A stretch of 64,000 nt of DNA from Chiloscyllium plagiosum. Lineage: Eukaryota. A model generated the notes under the pieces. The model was not told the origin of the DNA. It did no database searches and saw only the letters and a list, made by a program, of their open reading frames with translations. This document shows positions 23,870 to 36,949 of this stretch, in pieces. Both the position numbers and the translations under genes were made by a program. The stretch covers positions 20,993,943 through 21,057,942 of the forward strand of contig NC_057720.1 of the NCBI RefSeq assembly GCF_004010195.1, in the 5' to 3' direction. The first letter of the stretch is position 1, and every line of letters starts with the position of its first letter.

Positions 23870-25795
23870 CTTGGGAAAAGGAGCAAGTCAAACAGTCAAG
23901 GCAGGCAAGAACAAAGCAAAGAATGAGTAAGACTGATAAATTTAAGCTGCATTTATTTCAATGCAAGAAGCTTAACAGGGAAGGCAGATGAACTCCGAGC
24001 ATGGTTAGGGATGTGGAATTGGGATGTCATAGCACTTAGAGATGTGGCTCAGGGATAGACAGGACTGGTATCGTTGTTCCAGGATGCAAGTGCTGTAGGA
24101 AGGATAGAAAAAAGGGCAAGAAGAGAGGGACTGGTGTTTTTGGTAAGGGATAACATTAAGGCTGTACGTAGGGAGGATATTCCTGGGATTACTTCCAGGA
24201 AGTTATTTGGAACTGAGAAATAAAGGAATGATAACCTTTTGGGTTTATACTGGGACCCTCCCAGTAGTCAGTGGGAAATTGAGAAACAAATTCCATCACA
24301 AGATCTCAGCTGTTTGTAAAAATAATAGGGTGGTTATGGTAGGGGATTTTAACTTTCTAAATGTGGATTGGAACTGCCATAGTGTTAAGGGTTTAGATGG
24401 AGAGGAGTGTGTTACGTGTGTACAAGAAAATTTTCTGATTCAATATGTGCATGTATCCACTTGACCTACTCTCAGAAAATAAGACAGGGCAAGTGACTGA
24501 GGTGTCAGTGGGGGAGCACTTTGGAGCCAGCGACCATAATTTTATTAGTTTTAAAATAGTGATTGAAAAGGATAGACCAGATCCAAAAGTTGAAGTTCTA
24601 AATCGGAGGAAAGCTAATTTTGATGGTATTGGCAAGAACTTTCGAAAGTTGACTGGGAGTGGATATTAGCAGGTAAAGAAATGGCTGGAAAATGGGAAGC
24701 CTTCAAGTATGAGAAACTGAGAGTCCAGAGACAGTATGTTCCTGTTAGGGTGTAAGGAATGCTGGGTGACCAAAAAAACAGAGGCTTTAGTCAATAAAAT
24801 GAAGGAAGCATATAGACAGCAGAGAGCGAGTGAAAGACAGTAGAAGTAAAATTAAGAGGGAAATCAGGGCAAAAAGGGGACATGTGAAAGTTTTGTCATT
24901 AAGGAGAATCCAAAGGAATTTTATAAATACATTAAGGACAAAAGGGTATCTAGGGAGAGAATAGGCTGCCTTGCTGATATTTGAGGGACCCTATGTGTCG
25001 AACTGCAGGAGGTGGGCAAGATACTCCACTGAGTATTCTTCATCAGTATTTACTATGGAGAAGGACATGGAATATATAGAATGTGGGGAAGTAGATGGTG
25101 ACATCTTGAAAAAGGTCCATATTACAGAGGAGGTGGTGCTGGATGTCTTAAAACAAGGGAGGATAAATCCCCAAGACCTGATCAGGAGTACCTTAGAACT
25201 CTGTGGAAGCGAGAGAAGTGATTGCTGGGCCCCTTGCTGAGATATTTATATCATCGATAGTCGCAGGAGAGGTGCCAGAAGACTGGAGGTTGACTAAAGT
25301 GCCACTATTCAAGAGAGGTGATAAGGAAAAGTCAGGGAAGTATAGACCGGTGTGCCTGACTTTGGTGTGGGCAAGTTGTTGGAGGGAATCCTGAGGGACA
25401 GGCTTTACATGTACAGGTACACAAACCTTTATCCAAAACCCTCTGGGCCAGCTGGTTTTTGGAATTTGGAATTTTTTGGATTTTGGAATAAGTGACAGTT
25501 TCATGGTGAAATAAAAATATATATTACCGAACAGCAGATGAACCTTTGAGTACTATGAATGCTGAGACAGAATTGACGTCTGCCAGTGCTGGGCCATGCC
25601 ACTACATTACATCTGAGTGATGTGGGTCAAGTAGGTGTGGAGTTGGGTTAACTGTTTGCATGCCCAACAACCTTATGGAGAAAAAAACTTTACAAAAAGA
25701 ACTTTGGAGTTTGGATAAAGGATTATGTACCTGTATTTGGAAAGGAAGGCACTCATTTGGGATAGTCAACGTGGCTTTGTGCTGGGAAATCATGT
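23870..25795 (+). mobile_element. CR1-type LINE fragment (endonuclease to early RT)
   Basis: ORF fragments with VMVGDFNF, GEHFGASDHNFI and VPLFKRG...YRPV motifs. Confidence 0.85.
25414..25733. mobile_element. Tc1/mariner-superfamily (pogo/Tigger-type) MITE
   Basis: TIRs CAGGTACACAAACCTTTATCCAAA and its reverse-complement partner CAGGTACATAATCCTTTATCCAAA (2 mismatches in 24). TA duplication at 25412-13 and 25734-35. The host CR1 rejoins as tacatgTAtttggaaagg. Confidence 0.85.
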
Positions 25796-26049
25796 TTTCA
25801 GGGTCCATAGCCTTAACACTATCCAGTGCCTCCACATATTTCTTGATATCACATGAAATGAATCAAATTGGCTGGAGACTGGCGTCTATGATGCTGTGAC
25901 CACTGGAGGAGCCTGGGATTGATCAACCAAACACTTCTGGTTGAAGATAGCTGTGAAAGTTTCAGCGTTAACTTTCACATTAATGTGGTGGCTCTTCTGT
26001 CATTGAGGGTGAGGATATTTGTGGAGCCTCTTCTCCATTTCCTCTTCTG

Positions 26050-27345
26050 GAATTTTTGAGGATGTAACTCTGAAGATGGACGAGGGAGATCCAGTAGATG
26101 TAGTGTACCTGGACTTTCAGAAAACTTTTGATAAAGTCCCACATAGGAGGTTAGTGAGCAAAATTAAGACGCATGGTATTTGGGGGCAAAGTACTAACTT
26201 GGATTGAAAGTTGGTTGGCTGATAGGAAACAAAGAGTAGTGATAAATGGCTCCATTTCGGAATGGCAGCCAGTGACCAGTGGGGTACCGCAGGGATCAGT
26301 GCTGGGACCGCAGCTTTTTACAATATATGTTAATGATATAGAAGATGGTATTAGNNNNNNNNNNNNNNNNNNNNNNNNNNNNNNNNNNNNNNNNNNNNNN
26401 NNNNNNNNNNNNNNNNNNNNNNNNNNNNNNNNNNNNNNNNNNNNNNNNNNNNNNNNNNNNNNNNNNNNNNNNNNNNNNNNNNNNNNNNNNNNNNNNNNNN
26501 NNNNNNNNNNNNNNNNNNNNNNNNNNNNNNNNNNNNNNNNNNNNNNNNNNNNNNNNNNNNNNNNNNNNNNNNNNNNNNNNNNNNNNNNNNNNNNNNNNNN
26601 NNNNNNNNNNNNNNNNNNNNNNNNNNNNNNNNNNNNNNNNNNNNNNNNNNNNNNNNNNNNNNNNNNNNNNNNNNNNNNNNNNNNNNNNNNNNNNNNNNNN
26701 NNNNNNNNNNNNNNNNNNNNNNNNNNNNNNNNNNNNNNNNNNNNNNNNNNNNNNNNNNNNNNNNNNNNNNNNNNNNNNNNNNNNNNNNNNNNNNNNNNNN
26801 NNNNNNNNNNNNNNNNNNNNNNNNNNNNNNAAGACATTCTGGCTATTGAGGGGGTGCAGCGTAGGTTCACGAGGTCAATTCCTGGAATGGCGGGATTACC
26901 TTACGCTGAAAGACTGGAGCGACTGGGCTTGTATACCCTTGAGTTTCGAAGACTGAGAGGGGATCTGATTGAGGCATATAAGATTATTAAAGGATTGGAC
27001 ACTCTGGAGGCAGGAAACATGTTTCCGCTGATGGGTGAGTGCCGAACCAGAGGACACAGCTTAAAAATACGGGGTAGACCATTTAGGACAGAGCTCAGGA
27101 GAAACTTCTTCACCCAGAGAGTGGTGGCTGTGTGGAATGCTCTGTCCCAGAGGGCAGTGGAGGCCCAGTCTCTGGATTCATTTAAGAAAGAGTTGGATAG
27201 AGCTCTCGAGGATAGTGGAATCAAGGGTTATGGAGATAAGGCAGGAACAGGATAGTGATTAAGGATGATCAGCCATGATCATATTGAATGGTGGTGCAGG
27301 CCCGAAGGGCAGAATGGCCTACTCCTGCCCCTATTGTCTATTGTC
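26050..27345 (+). mobile_element. Relatively young CR1-type LINE spanning the assembly gap
   Basis: DVVYLDFQKTFDKVPH and [10 protein letters not shown] before the gap; RRLRGDLIE...RNFFTQRVV after it; tail ctattgtctattgtc. Confidence 0.9.
26355..26830. other. Assembly gap (476 N)
   Basis: Run of N characters. Confidence 1.
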
Positions 27346-28354
27346 CAGTGAGTGGTTTAATTGTCCTCCACCATTCATGACTGGATGTGACAGGTCTACA
27401 GAGCTCATCTGTTTGTTGTGGGAATGCTTGGTGCTGTGTATCACTTACTGCTTATGCAAGTTGTCCTGGAAAAAGTGAGGTTCACAACAAATTGTTCTGC
27501 TTGGTATCTACACCAGGTTGACAACTTATTTTTGCTGCTCCTGTCATGCTGCCTTGCACTCTTCACTGAACCAGGCTGATCCCCTGGCCTGATGGTGGTA
27601 ATAGTTGAGTGGCAGATATGCCAGGCCATGAAGTTGCAGATTGTGGGGTTGGGGAGTATGTTTCTGCTGCTGTTGGCCCACAGCACCTCATGGATGCTCT
27701 GTCTTGAGTTGCTAGATCTGTTTGAAGTCCGCCCATTTCATCAGTGATTGTGCTACACAACAGAATGGAGGGTGTTCTCAACGTGAAGACAGGACTTTGT
27801 CTCCAAAAAACTGTGGTGTGGTCATTCTTCCTGATACTGTCATGGACAGATGCATCTGCAGCAGACTGATTAGGAGTGAGGTTAAGTATGTTTTCCCTCC
27901 TGTTGCTTCCGACACCACCCATTGCAGACTCAGTCTTGCAGCCAAGTTCTTTAGGACCTGATCAGCTCGATCAGTAGTGCTGCTGTTGAGCCACTTTTGG
28001 TGTTAGATATTGAAATACCTCCATCCAGATATGTGCTGTTACCACCCTCTGTGCTTCCTTCAAGTGTTGGTGGTGGATGGTGATGGTGGCATTGTTTATA
28101 AAATATGATTCTGTGACTATGACTCCGTAGGCTGTTGCTTGACTAGTCTGTGAGACAGCTCTCCCAATTTTGATACTAGTTCCCAAGTGTTATTAAGGAG
28201 GACGATGCACAGTCGACAAGTCTGTTTTTGCCACTATCATTTCCAGTGCCCCAGGTCTTTGCCAGGTGATCTGTCCAGTTTCATTTCTCAAGACTGAGGC
28301 AATTTCAGAGGACAGTTGAGATTAAACCATATAGCTGTGGCTCTGTAGGCTAGG

Positions 28355-29440
28355 GATTGATGAGGGCAGAGCGGTAGGTGTGATCTGTATGGACTTCAGT
28401 AAGGCGTTCGACAAGGTTCCCCATGGGAGACTGATTAGCAAGGTTAGATCTCATGGAATACAGGGAGAACTAGCCATTTGGATACAGAACTGGCTCAAAG
28501 GTAGAAGACAGAGGGTGGTGGTGGAGGGTTGTTTTTCAGACTGGAGTCCTGTGGCCAGTGGAGTGCCACAAGGATCGGTGCTGGGTCCACTACTTTTCTT
28601 CATTTATATAAATGATTTGGATGCGAGCATAAGTGATACAGTTAGTAAGTTTGCAGATGACACCAAATTTGGAGGCGTAGTGGACAGCGAAGAGAGTTAC
28701 CTCAGATTATAACAGGAGTGTTGCTGAACAAAGAGACCTTGGAGTGCAGGTTCATAGCGCCTTGAAAGTGGAGTCGCAGGTAAATAGGATAGTGAAGAAG
28801 GCGTTTGGTATGCTTTCCTTTATTGGTCAGAGTATTGAGTACAGGAGTTGGGAGGTCATGTTGCGGCTGTGCAGGACATTGATTAGGCCACTGTTGGAAT
28901 ATTGCGTGCAGATCTGGTCACCTTCCTATCGGAAAGATGTTGTGAAACTTGAAAGGGTTCAGAAAAGATTTACAGGGATGTTGCCAGGGTTTGGGATTTG
29001 AGCTATAGGGAGAGTCTGAACAGGCTGGGGCTGTTTTCCCTGGAGTGTCGGAGGCTGAGGGGTGACCTTATAGAGGTTTACAAAATCATGAGGGGCATGG
29101 ATTGGATAAAAGGCAAAGTCCTTTTTCCTGGGGTCAGGGAGTCCAGAAGTAAAGCACATAGATTTAGGGTGAAAGGGGAAAGATATAAAAGAGACCTAAG
29201 GGGCACCTTTTTCACCCAGAGGGTGGTACGTGTATGGAATGAGCTGCCAGAGGAAGTGGTGGAGGCTGGTATAATTGAAACATTTTAAAGGCATTTGGAT
29301 GGGTGTATGAATAGGCAGGGTTTGGAGGGATATGGGCCAGGTGCTGGCAGGTGGGACTAGATTGGGCTGGGATATCTGGTTGGCATGGACGAGTTGGACT
29401 GAAGGGTCTGTTACCATGCTGTGCATCTCTGTGAATCTAT
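28355..29440 (+). mobile_element. CR1-type LINE with internal deletion, inserted into a family-B SINE
   Basis: ORFs 28380-28712, 28744-29001 and 28998-29288 contain [21 protein letters not shown] and KFADDTK. SINE B pieces flank it (28310-28350, 29441-29656). Confidence 0.9.
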
Positions 29441-29696
29441 GACCAGATTGCCTTCTCTCATTGATATTAGTGAGCCAGTTGTGTTTATCCAACAATAGAT
29501 GGTGGTTTCATGGTCATCATTAGATTCTTAATTGCAGATTTTTTTTGTTTATGGAATTCAAATTCCACCATCTGCATGGCGGAATACGAACCTGGGTTCC
29601 CAGAACATTAGTTGTTTTTCTGATTTAATGATAAATCTAGTAGGCCATCTCCTCCCCTCAATTTATAGAATACACTGCAGAAATTCACCAAGACTC

Positions 29697-30219
29697 GGGG
29701 CACGGTGGTTCAGTGGTTAGCACTGCTGCCTCACAGCACCAGGGACCCAGGTTCGATTCCCGCCTTGGGCAACTGTCTGTGTGGAGTTTGCACATTCTCC
29801 CTGTGTCTGCGTGGGTTTCCTCCGGGTGCTCTGGTTTCCTCCCGTGGTCCAAAGATGTGCAGGTTAGGTGAATTGGCCATGCTAAATTGCCCATAGTTTT
29901 AGGTGCATTAGTCAGGGGTTAGTACTAGATTAGAGTGGTGCTGGAAAAGCACAGCAGTTCAGACAGCATCCTGTATTCCTGTTGAAGGGCTTTTGCCCGA
30001 AACGTCGATTTTCCTGCTCCTCGGATGCTGCCTGAACTGGTGTGCTTTTCCAGCACCACTCTAATCCAGAATCTGGTTTCCAGCATCTGCAGTCATTGTT
30101 TTTACCTAGGGGTAAATACTGTATAGGGGAATGGGTTTGGGTGGGTTACTCCTCGGGGTTGGTGTGGACTTGTTGGGCTGAAGGGCCTGTTTCCACACTG
30201 TAGAGAATCAAATCTAATC
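29697..30219 (+). mobile_element. HE1-like (V-SINE) SINE, interrupted at ~29925-30108
   Basis: Head ggggcacggtggttcagtggttagcac...ggttcgattcc, V-domain, and CR1-like tail ending aatcaaatctaatc. Confidence 0.9.
29925..30108 (+). mobile_element. Penelope-derived fold-back unit with mutated hammerhead core
   Basis: Inverted arms (gattagagtggtgctggaaaagcac / gtgcttttccagcaccactctaatc) around CTGTTGA-A-GGGC-TTTT-GCCC-GAAACGTC. Confidence 0.7.
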
Positions 30220-31031
30220 AGTAGGTCAACCAGCCTTTTTTAAAACTTGAAGCTTGCCAGTTAATTATCAGTCAACATTAACTAGTGCATTCTCCATGGC
30301 ATCACCCTCCCAATTCGAGTCCACTAACATTCAGCTCTCCCCTCATACAATATAAATCATGTTTTCCTGTGGAATTTCTTGTGAATTGTCCTGATTAAAA
30401 CAAGGTGAAAATCTTTGTCAGAAGCTTGCAGCAGTTTTTACCATATACAATGACCAATGTAATTAGGAGTTGACATGACTGGTGTGTTTTTGCCAGTTAT
30501 CAATATAAATTATTATAAAGGTGGACTTTCATCTCCAGATCGCCCAGAGCTCTTTAGCCTCACTCATGTATATTTCAAACTTAATTTGTATGCATTATCA
30601 AAAGAGGTGATCCATAACCTACAGCAAGATCCTCTGCTTAAATGCCTGACTGGGATAAATAATCTTTAGATATGTTCTAATCAACTTGTTCAGGGATATG
30701 ATTACATACCTCTAAAGTGGGTGGGACTTTAACCTGGGTTTCTGGTCTCAGAAGTAGAGACACAACCATTGTACCACAAGAGCCCTGAATAATCTCTATA
30801 TATTGGTATCGCTTAAAAGATGAGTGTTGACCAGAACACTGGGAGAATTTCCCTCCTCTTCAAATGCTTGAGTAGAATATTTTGCATAGAATATAAATAC
30901 TGACATTTTGATTCTTTAACCATTGTCATGACAGTTTACAGTAGGATTATTGCTTGACCTTGCTGTAATTAGTTTCTAAAGAGCTTATTATGTTCTGCAG
31001 CATATATTCAACACCTTAGCTTATTGAAACA

Positions 31032-31143
31032 ATGGGGGCATCCACGTCAACGCTACCAACCAATGTGCAAGCAGATTCTGTTACTGTTGCACCACAGGCA
31101 TCACCACCTTCACAATGCCCTATGCATCAAGCCAAGAAGGAAG
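31032..31143 (+). CDS. HCCS: Holocytochrome c synthase, coding exon 1 (exon starts at 31001)
   Basis: MGASTSTLPTNVQADSVTVAPQASPPSQCPMHQAKKE-G; MGxxxS myristoylation-type N-terminus; CP motif; donor G|GTAAAC. Confidence 0.9.
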
Positions 31144-31598
31144 GTAAACATTTTTAATTTGTTGGAGTCAATGTTTTGGTGTCCTTTACCTTTACCTTTA
31201 GAACACGAAACACCACACACAACGTTAAGAAATTTTGGAGGCAATGGCATCCATTATTGTTGAGAAGTTTACAATGTAATTTTAAGATGAATTCACCTTA
31301 GCATTTCTAGAATAATAGCAACGAATTTAGTTGCTTTAAAGTTTATTATAGTAGAAAATTCTCCTTGTTGGTAGTTCATACATCTGTGACCGTTATTGTC
31401 ATATTGGAACAAGTATTTTAAACTAATTTGCATGGGCATTGCTTCACTGAGTTTGTAATTCTTAACTGAACAAAAAAAATGCTTTCTACTTGAATACAAA
31501 TAACAAAATCTCAAGGCTGTCATTGTGAAATAACATTGATGCAGTTAATTGAACAACTCAAATGAATTATTATGTTTTTTTGCAACCTGTTTTGTCAG

Positions 31599-31750
31599 GT
31601 TGTCCCATGCATCAGGCAACAGCTGCCTCAACAGAGAATGCATCTTATCCTGTGCCTGCACATCAGGAGGGGGCGTATGAATATGTGGAGTGTCCTATGA
31701 AAGGAGTTAACAGGCCACAAACAGAGGATGATATTGATCCCAGTAATATG
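31599..31750 (+). CDS. HCCS: HCCS coding exon 2
   Basis: Acceptor tttgtcag|GT; CPMHQ...PAHQEGAYEYVECPM...DPSNM; donor GTAAGT; phase-compatible with neighbours. Confidence 0.95.
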
Positions 31751-32272
31751 GTAAGTACAAAAACTTTTGATTTAATCTTTTAAATGCTAACATCTATGTT
31801 CCTCCATTTTGTAAATTAGTGTGTTTCACTGCTACTCTTCTGCAAGTTTCCACTATGTTAACGCATTTAGGCGAATAAAATTCTTGCTAATAGTTTACTC
31901 TTGTCTTAAAGTTTTTAAAATTATGATATATTGCTTCTCATCAAAACCTGATGCTTTAAATCTGTCTGAAATTATCATAATTGATGTGGCAGTTAAAGCA
32001 TGAACTTCAGGTGTTTGACCTTATTGAGCAAATCAAAGGGATGTTACATTGTGACATTTATGGCACAGGGGTTGCAAATTCCATATAACTGAAATTAACA
32101 TTAAAACAATGTGTTTTGTCAGTGGTTTTTGATGTTCAGCTTTATCCATTCAGATTCTGAGCTGTGAAATCTTTTTTTTGTTGTTTACCCTTCTCAAAAT
32201 AAAGCTGTATGATTTCCTATTTGTTTTCTGAGGGGAAGTCAGTATTTGGATGTATATCATTTTGTTTTGTAG

Positions 32273-32421
32273 ATGCCACCACCCAACCAGATGCCATCAT
32301 CAGATCAGCCATACCCACTTTCTGTAGTCAGAGAAGAATCTTCTATTCCTCGGACTCACTCAGATAAGCATTGGGTATACCCTTCAGAACAGATGTTTTG
32401 GAATGCAATGATCAGAAAAGG
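32273..32421 (+). CDS. HCCS: HCCS coding exon 3
   Basis: [54 protein letters not shown] boundaries. Confidence 0.97.
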
Positions 32422-33205
32422 GTAAGCAGTCAAAGACATGCTGTTAAATAAGCGCTAATAGTATGAGGGAAATGTCACAAAGCATGAGTATCAGATGCCA
32501 TTATTACTGTCAGACTTGGGTTAAGCAATTGAATGCTTCTGACAGGTGCTGACATTTGCAGATTAAATTTTGTTTCTCTCTGCAGTCTGAATTTCTCAAC
32601 CTCACTATAGAAATAAATTATTGGGGAAAAAAAAATTGTGTTTTCTCTGCAGAACTCAGGAAGGGTTTGCAGGTGGAAGGATTAAAACTATGTATATGGT
32701 GTGACCTGTTCCTCCATACTATCTTCCAGTTACCTTTTCCTTATATAGGGAATGAGGATACAAAGACAGGACTGTGATGCCTTCATGAGCTGTAGTCCCT
32801 TGGCAACTGGAGATTGTTGACACTCCGAATCATATCCCAACAAACGTCTGGTGAAGAAATTAAAAAATGCATAGAAATGTGAACTCTTTACCTGTGTTGC
32901 TAGAATTGTGTTGTAAATAAATGAAAATAGTTTTCTTCATCCCATTGTAATCTGGCATGGCTTTTATATTGCTCAGCTGTCTTAAATACTAATGTGTAGT
33001 TCTGATTAATAATATAAAATACATGTCATTCATCACTGTTGAATGTTTAAAGGGTCACTGGTTTATATTCTATAATTTGGCATTCATTTCACTCAGTATA
33101 AATGTTTATGTAGTTCTTGGGGGGAAAAACTGATTATTTTGTGCAATGACAAATCATTCAATGCCATAGCTTAAACTTCTACTCCATACTCTAACTATTT
33201 TACAG

Positions 33206-33325
33206 GTGGCGCTGGCAGAATGAAGACATTTCAGCTGATGATATGTCAAACATTATTAAGATCCATAATCAGAACAATGAACAAGCCTGGAAAGAAATAC
33301 TGAAGTGGGAAGCACTCCATGCCAA
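33206..33325 (+). CDS. HCCS: HCCS coding exon 4
   Basis: [39 protein letters not shown], which includes the conserved heme-ligand His in IHNxxNE; donor GTTAGT. Confidence 0.97.
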
Positions 33326-33919
33326 GTTAGTTCATAACTCATAATAGCCTCATTTCTTGAACAATAGTTCAGGTTATGAAATGAAATTGCAGTGCATTAT
33401 GCTCTGATGAATTGCATTACCATTTCACTTGATCAAAATGAATACTTGGAAAGCTAAATCTCCACTGATCCCATTAGGAATGCAGTCTTTTTGGTTCTGA
33501 AAGTTCACATCATTTCTTTGTTAGTTATTTCAGTTGTTTGTAAATAGGTTTTCGTTTGTTTTTGAAGTCAGTATGGGGAACTTAAAAGGAGTTGCTACAG
33601 ATTTTATTTTGAAGGCAACTGCTTTAGTGAACCTGATGTTGACAATGGATAAGGTATATAAGTGAATTTCCCACTTAACAGAAATAGCTGAAGCTCATCC
33701 TTTGAGCCTCTTGCACCATTCATTTAAGATTAAAGCTGATCTTTGCCTCAACTCTATTTTCTTGCAGTATCCCTATATCCTTTAGTTTTCTGAATATGCA
33801 AAAAAAAAACAACCTCCTGTACTGGATATTCTCAATGACTGAGTATTCCCAGCTGTCTGGGTTTGGGAAGTCCAAAGTTTCATAATTCTTGAGTGAAGAA
33901 ACACTTAGGTTCTGTCAAT

Positions 33920-34460
33920 AAAAAAGATGCTGAGCTTCCAACACACTACCTTGTACCCTGGCCAACATCTCTGTCTCAGATTTGCTGCAGTGCTCCAGCG
34001 AGGCTCAGTGCAGGCTAGAAGAGCTGTACCTCATTTTCTGCTTGGGATCTCTACAGCCTTCTGGATTCAATATTGAGTTCAACAATTTTAGAGCTTGGAG
34101 CACCTTTTCCATGTCCTTACCCCCAATCCCCATATATCATACCTTGTTATCACATGCTCTGCTATGACACACTACCCCTTGTTAGCCATTAGTAGTCCTG
34201 ATTAGCAGCTATTCATTTTCCTTAGCTCACTGTTATCCACTCCTTTGTCTGTCCAACTGTTCTGTTTCTTTGGGGTCTATCACCATTTATTGTTTACTCC
34301 TTACCACCTTTTCCCACCATATATTCTGCGTGTAAACTAACATTTTTCTAGCTACCATTAGTTCTGAAGAAGGGTCACTGGACCTGAAACGGTAATTCTG
34401 ATTTCTCTCCACGTATTCTGCCAGACTTGCTAAGATTTTCTTGCAATTTCTGTTTGTTTG
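33920..34460 (+). mobile_element. Penelope-like element 3' fragment
   Basis: ORF 33982-34167 (RLEELYLIFCLGSLQPSGFNIEF) matches the GIY-YIG C-terminus of the PLEs at 61-63 kb. Ends in CTGAAGA-A-GGGTC-ACTG-GACCT-GAAAC at 34364-34390. Confidence 0.75.
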
Positions 34461-36949
34461 TGACGAAATTTCTCCTTCGTTCTAAATGTCTGACCGCTTA
34501 TTCTGAGGCAGTAATCCCATGTTCTCGAATCCCCATCCAGTGGAAATGCTTTCTCAGCACAAACCCTGTCAAGCCTTGATGTACTCAACCGCTCATTATA
34601 GGACAATCCCCTTGGACCAGAAAAACTGTCTGGAGAATCTTTGTTCAGCTGTCTGTGGTCCAATATTTCCTTCCTTGGGTCAGGAAACTAAAACCGTAAT
34701 CAGAACTGTAGTTGCAGCCTCACTAATACTTGGAGTGTGCTAATAAGACTTGTCTAATTTCACATTTTGGCTCTGCCACATTCCTTCCAACTTAACCTGC
34801 CTTTATCTGCAGATTCTTTACATTCTCCTTGTTGCTTACTTTCCTATCCTACTTTTTATTGTCAGCAAATTTGAAAATGTTACCCTGAGTGGTCTCACCT
34901 AAATTATTGATGCAATTTGTTATTATTTAACGCGTATGTACTGATTCTTGTTGTACCTTGCTAATTATGGCTTGCCAACAGAAAGTATCCTGCTTATTCC
35001 TACTCTGCAGTTTTCTATCCACCAATCCTCTATTTTATCGTGTTATGTTCATTCTTCCAGAGAGGGTCATTTTTCTATGAGGTTATTAATTAATATCCTC
35101 ACTGCACAATACTTGATCCAAAGCAGCTTGTTCCCGAGTTGGAGTTCCTTGATGTACTGTGATCTAGAAACGTTTGTGTTTTCCACGAACTCTCCCTACA
35201 CTATTGCAGCGAATCTGATTTGCCCAGCCTCTCTGTAGGTCAAAGTTCCCCAATAATTACATTATTACTATTGCTGCATGTGCCTTGAATTTCCTGGTTC
35301 TCAACCTTCTACAACTGTTGCCATGAGACATGAACTCCCAAGAGTGTTCCTGCCCCTTGGCTCCACCGAAATTGATTATATTAGATGTTCTGAGCTAAAA
35401 TCCTTTTCTCTCTTTAGTTTTTAAAAAATCCAATCCTTTATTGTCATGGCTACCCCCTTTCTTCTTTCCCTATCTTTTAAAAAAAATTAAATATACTGGA
35501 ATATTTCAATGCTAACGTTCATCACTCAGCAATGTCTCCAAAATGCAATTGAATCAAACTGATTTTCTTTGGTGCCATCATTCAAATGGTAAATTGCAAA
35601 TGCTTCATATATTATATGGGTACTTTGTTTTTAGCTTTTATGTTACCCAATGTCACTAATGCTTTATTGCCTTTGTTGACCCTCTCTCTCATCCTGACCC
35701 ACTCAGTTTAATTTTACTGAACATACTACTCTGCTGTAGAGCCTTGGTATTTTCATTGCTTCTTTGATTGAGTGGATTCTCAGCTCAGCAGTTCTTTTTG
35801 TTTGATTTTTTTTCCCCTGTTTTCCGGAATATTTAAGTGGAGCAACATATTACTGTCTGGAATTTAGTTGCATTATTGAGTCCTGTCTGAAAACTACAAT
35901 CTTGGCAGGGACTGAAATTGGTTTTCAACTTTGCATCTGACTGATCGGTCAACATGTTCTCCAGGCATACATTCATCACACACTTAGTTTATTCATCATG
36001 CTGTGTTCTCGCTTTATTTCAGCTGCCCAGGTACACCTTAGTCAGCTATGATATTGAAATTTGGTTTGAAATAGCATTGTGAAAGAAGTAATGAAAAATG
36101 GGAAGAAGATTGACTTTATCATTTTGCTGACAAATGAGTTACTTCAATAATTCCACTGAAATAGTTCCTTAAAATGCCTTTGTTGTTCCCAACTTTGGTG
36201 TCAAAATGTTCAGAACAATGTATAACTTTACAAGTTTGAACTACATTTATAACCATTATTACAAGATATACTGTTATTATTGGGTTGTAAGTATATAAAA
36301 AGAGACACTACTCGGCCCTTCAAATGTACTCCACTCCATGTGATCATGGTTGATCTCCGTTATCTTCACCCTTCTGCACTATCTCCACGTCTTAAATTTC
36401 CTTGCTATCCAAAAGTCTAACAACTTCAATCTTAAATATACTCAGTGACTGAACCACCATGTGGGGTGAAAGCAATTCTAAGACCCACAACCTTTTGAAG
36501 AAATGTCTCTTTATTTCACTCCAAGTGGCTGACCCCTTATTCTGAGATTGAACCGAGTATCAAAACCCCTTCAACCATGGAAACTGTATTACCAGCATTC
36601 ACCGTATCAAGCATTTAAGAATGATGTGTTTTTCGATTGGATCATTTCATAACATTCCAATATTGATCAGTTTTCATTTTCACATATTCACTAAGTATGG
36701 TATGTAATCTTGTTATTTTGGATTTTTGTTCTTGATAACGTTCTTGATTCTTTTGTTCCATTGTTTCTGTTTTTGTGGAATACTTAAGCAGACTGTGTAA
36801 CAAAAAGCTAGCCAATTCTGGAGACTGAAAAGGGAATTTGACAATCCAGTTGGCAGACATACGGATTTGACACCCCTGCAGGGAATCTCTATGTTCACAT
36901 TATCATTTGAAACTTTATTTTAAAATTCCAGGCTAGTAAATTTCAAGTT

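Larger units (their letters stand above)
21722..28290 (-). mobile_element. Long old LINE (APE + RT, CR1/L2-superfamily) broken into pieces by younger insertions: ~21722-21845, 23133-23635, 23812-23870, 25797-26045, 27346-28290
   Basis: The first two pieces are colinear with the uninterrupted copy at 36950-37680. Minus ORF 27563-27922 contains ...ADASVHDSIRKNDHTTV, resembling the APE C-terminal SDH region. Confidence 0.65.

Noticed and set aside
26151..27255. Long ORFs of 239, 360 and 203 aa
   Set aside because: They are open only because they cross the 476-N gap; the flanks are CR1 ORF2 fragments.
29697..29770. tRNA-like A/B boxes (also 12125-12197, 50205-50280, 58503-58560)
   Set aside because: These are heads of SINEs continuing into SINE bodies, not tRNA genes.
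31024..31263. His-rich 79-aa ORF
   Set aside because: Wrong frame over HCCS coding exon 1; the true frame starts at ATG 31032 and splices at 31143.
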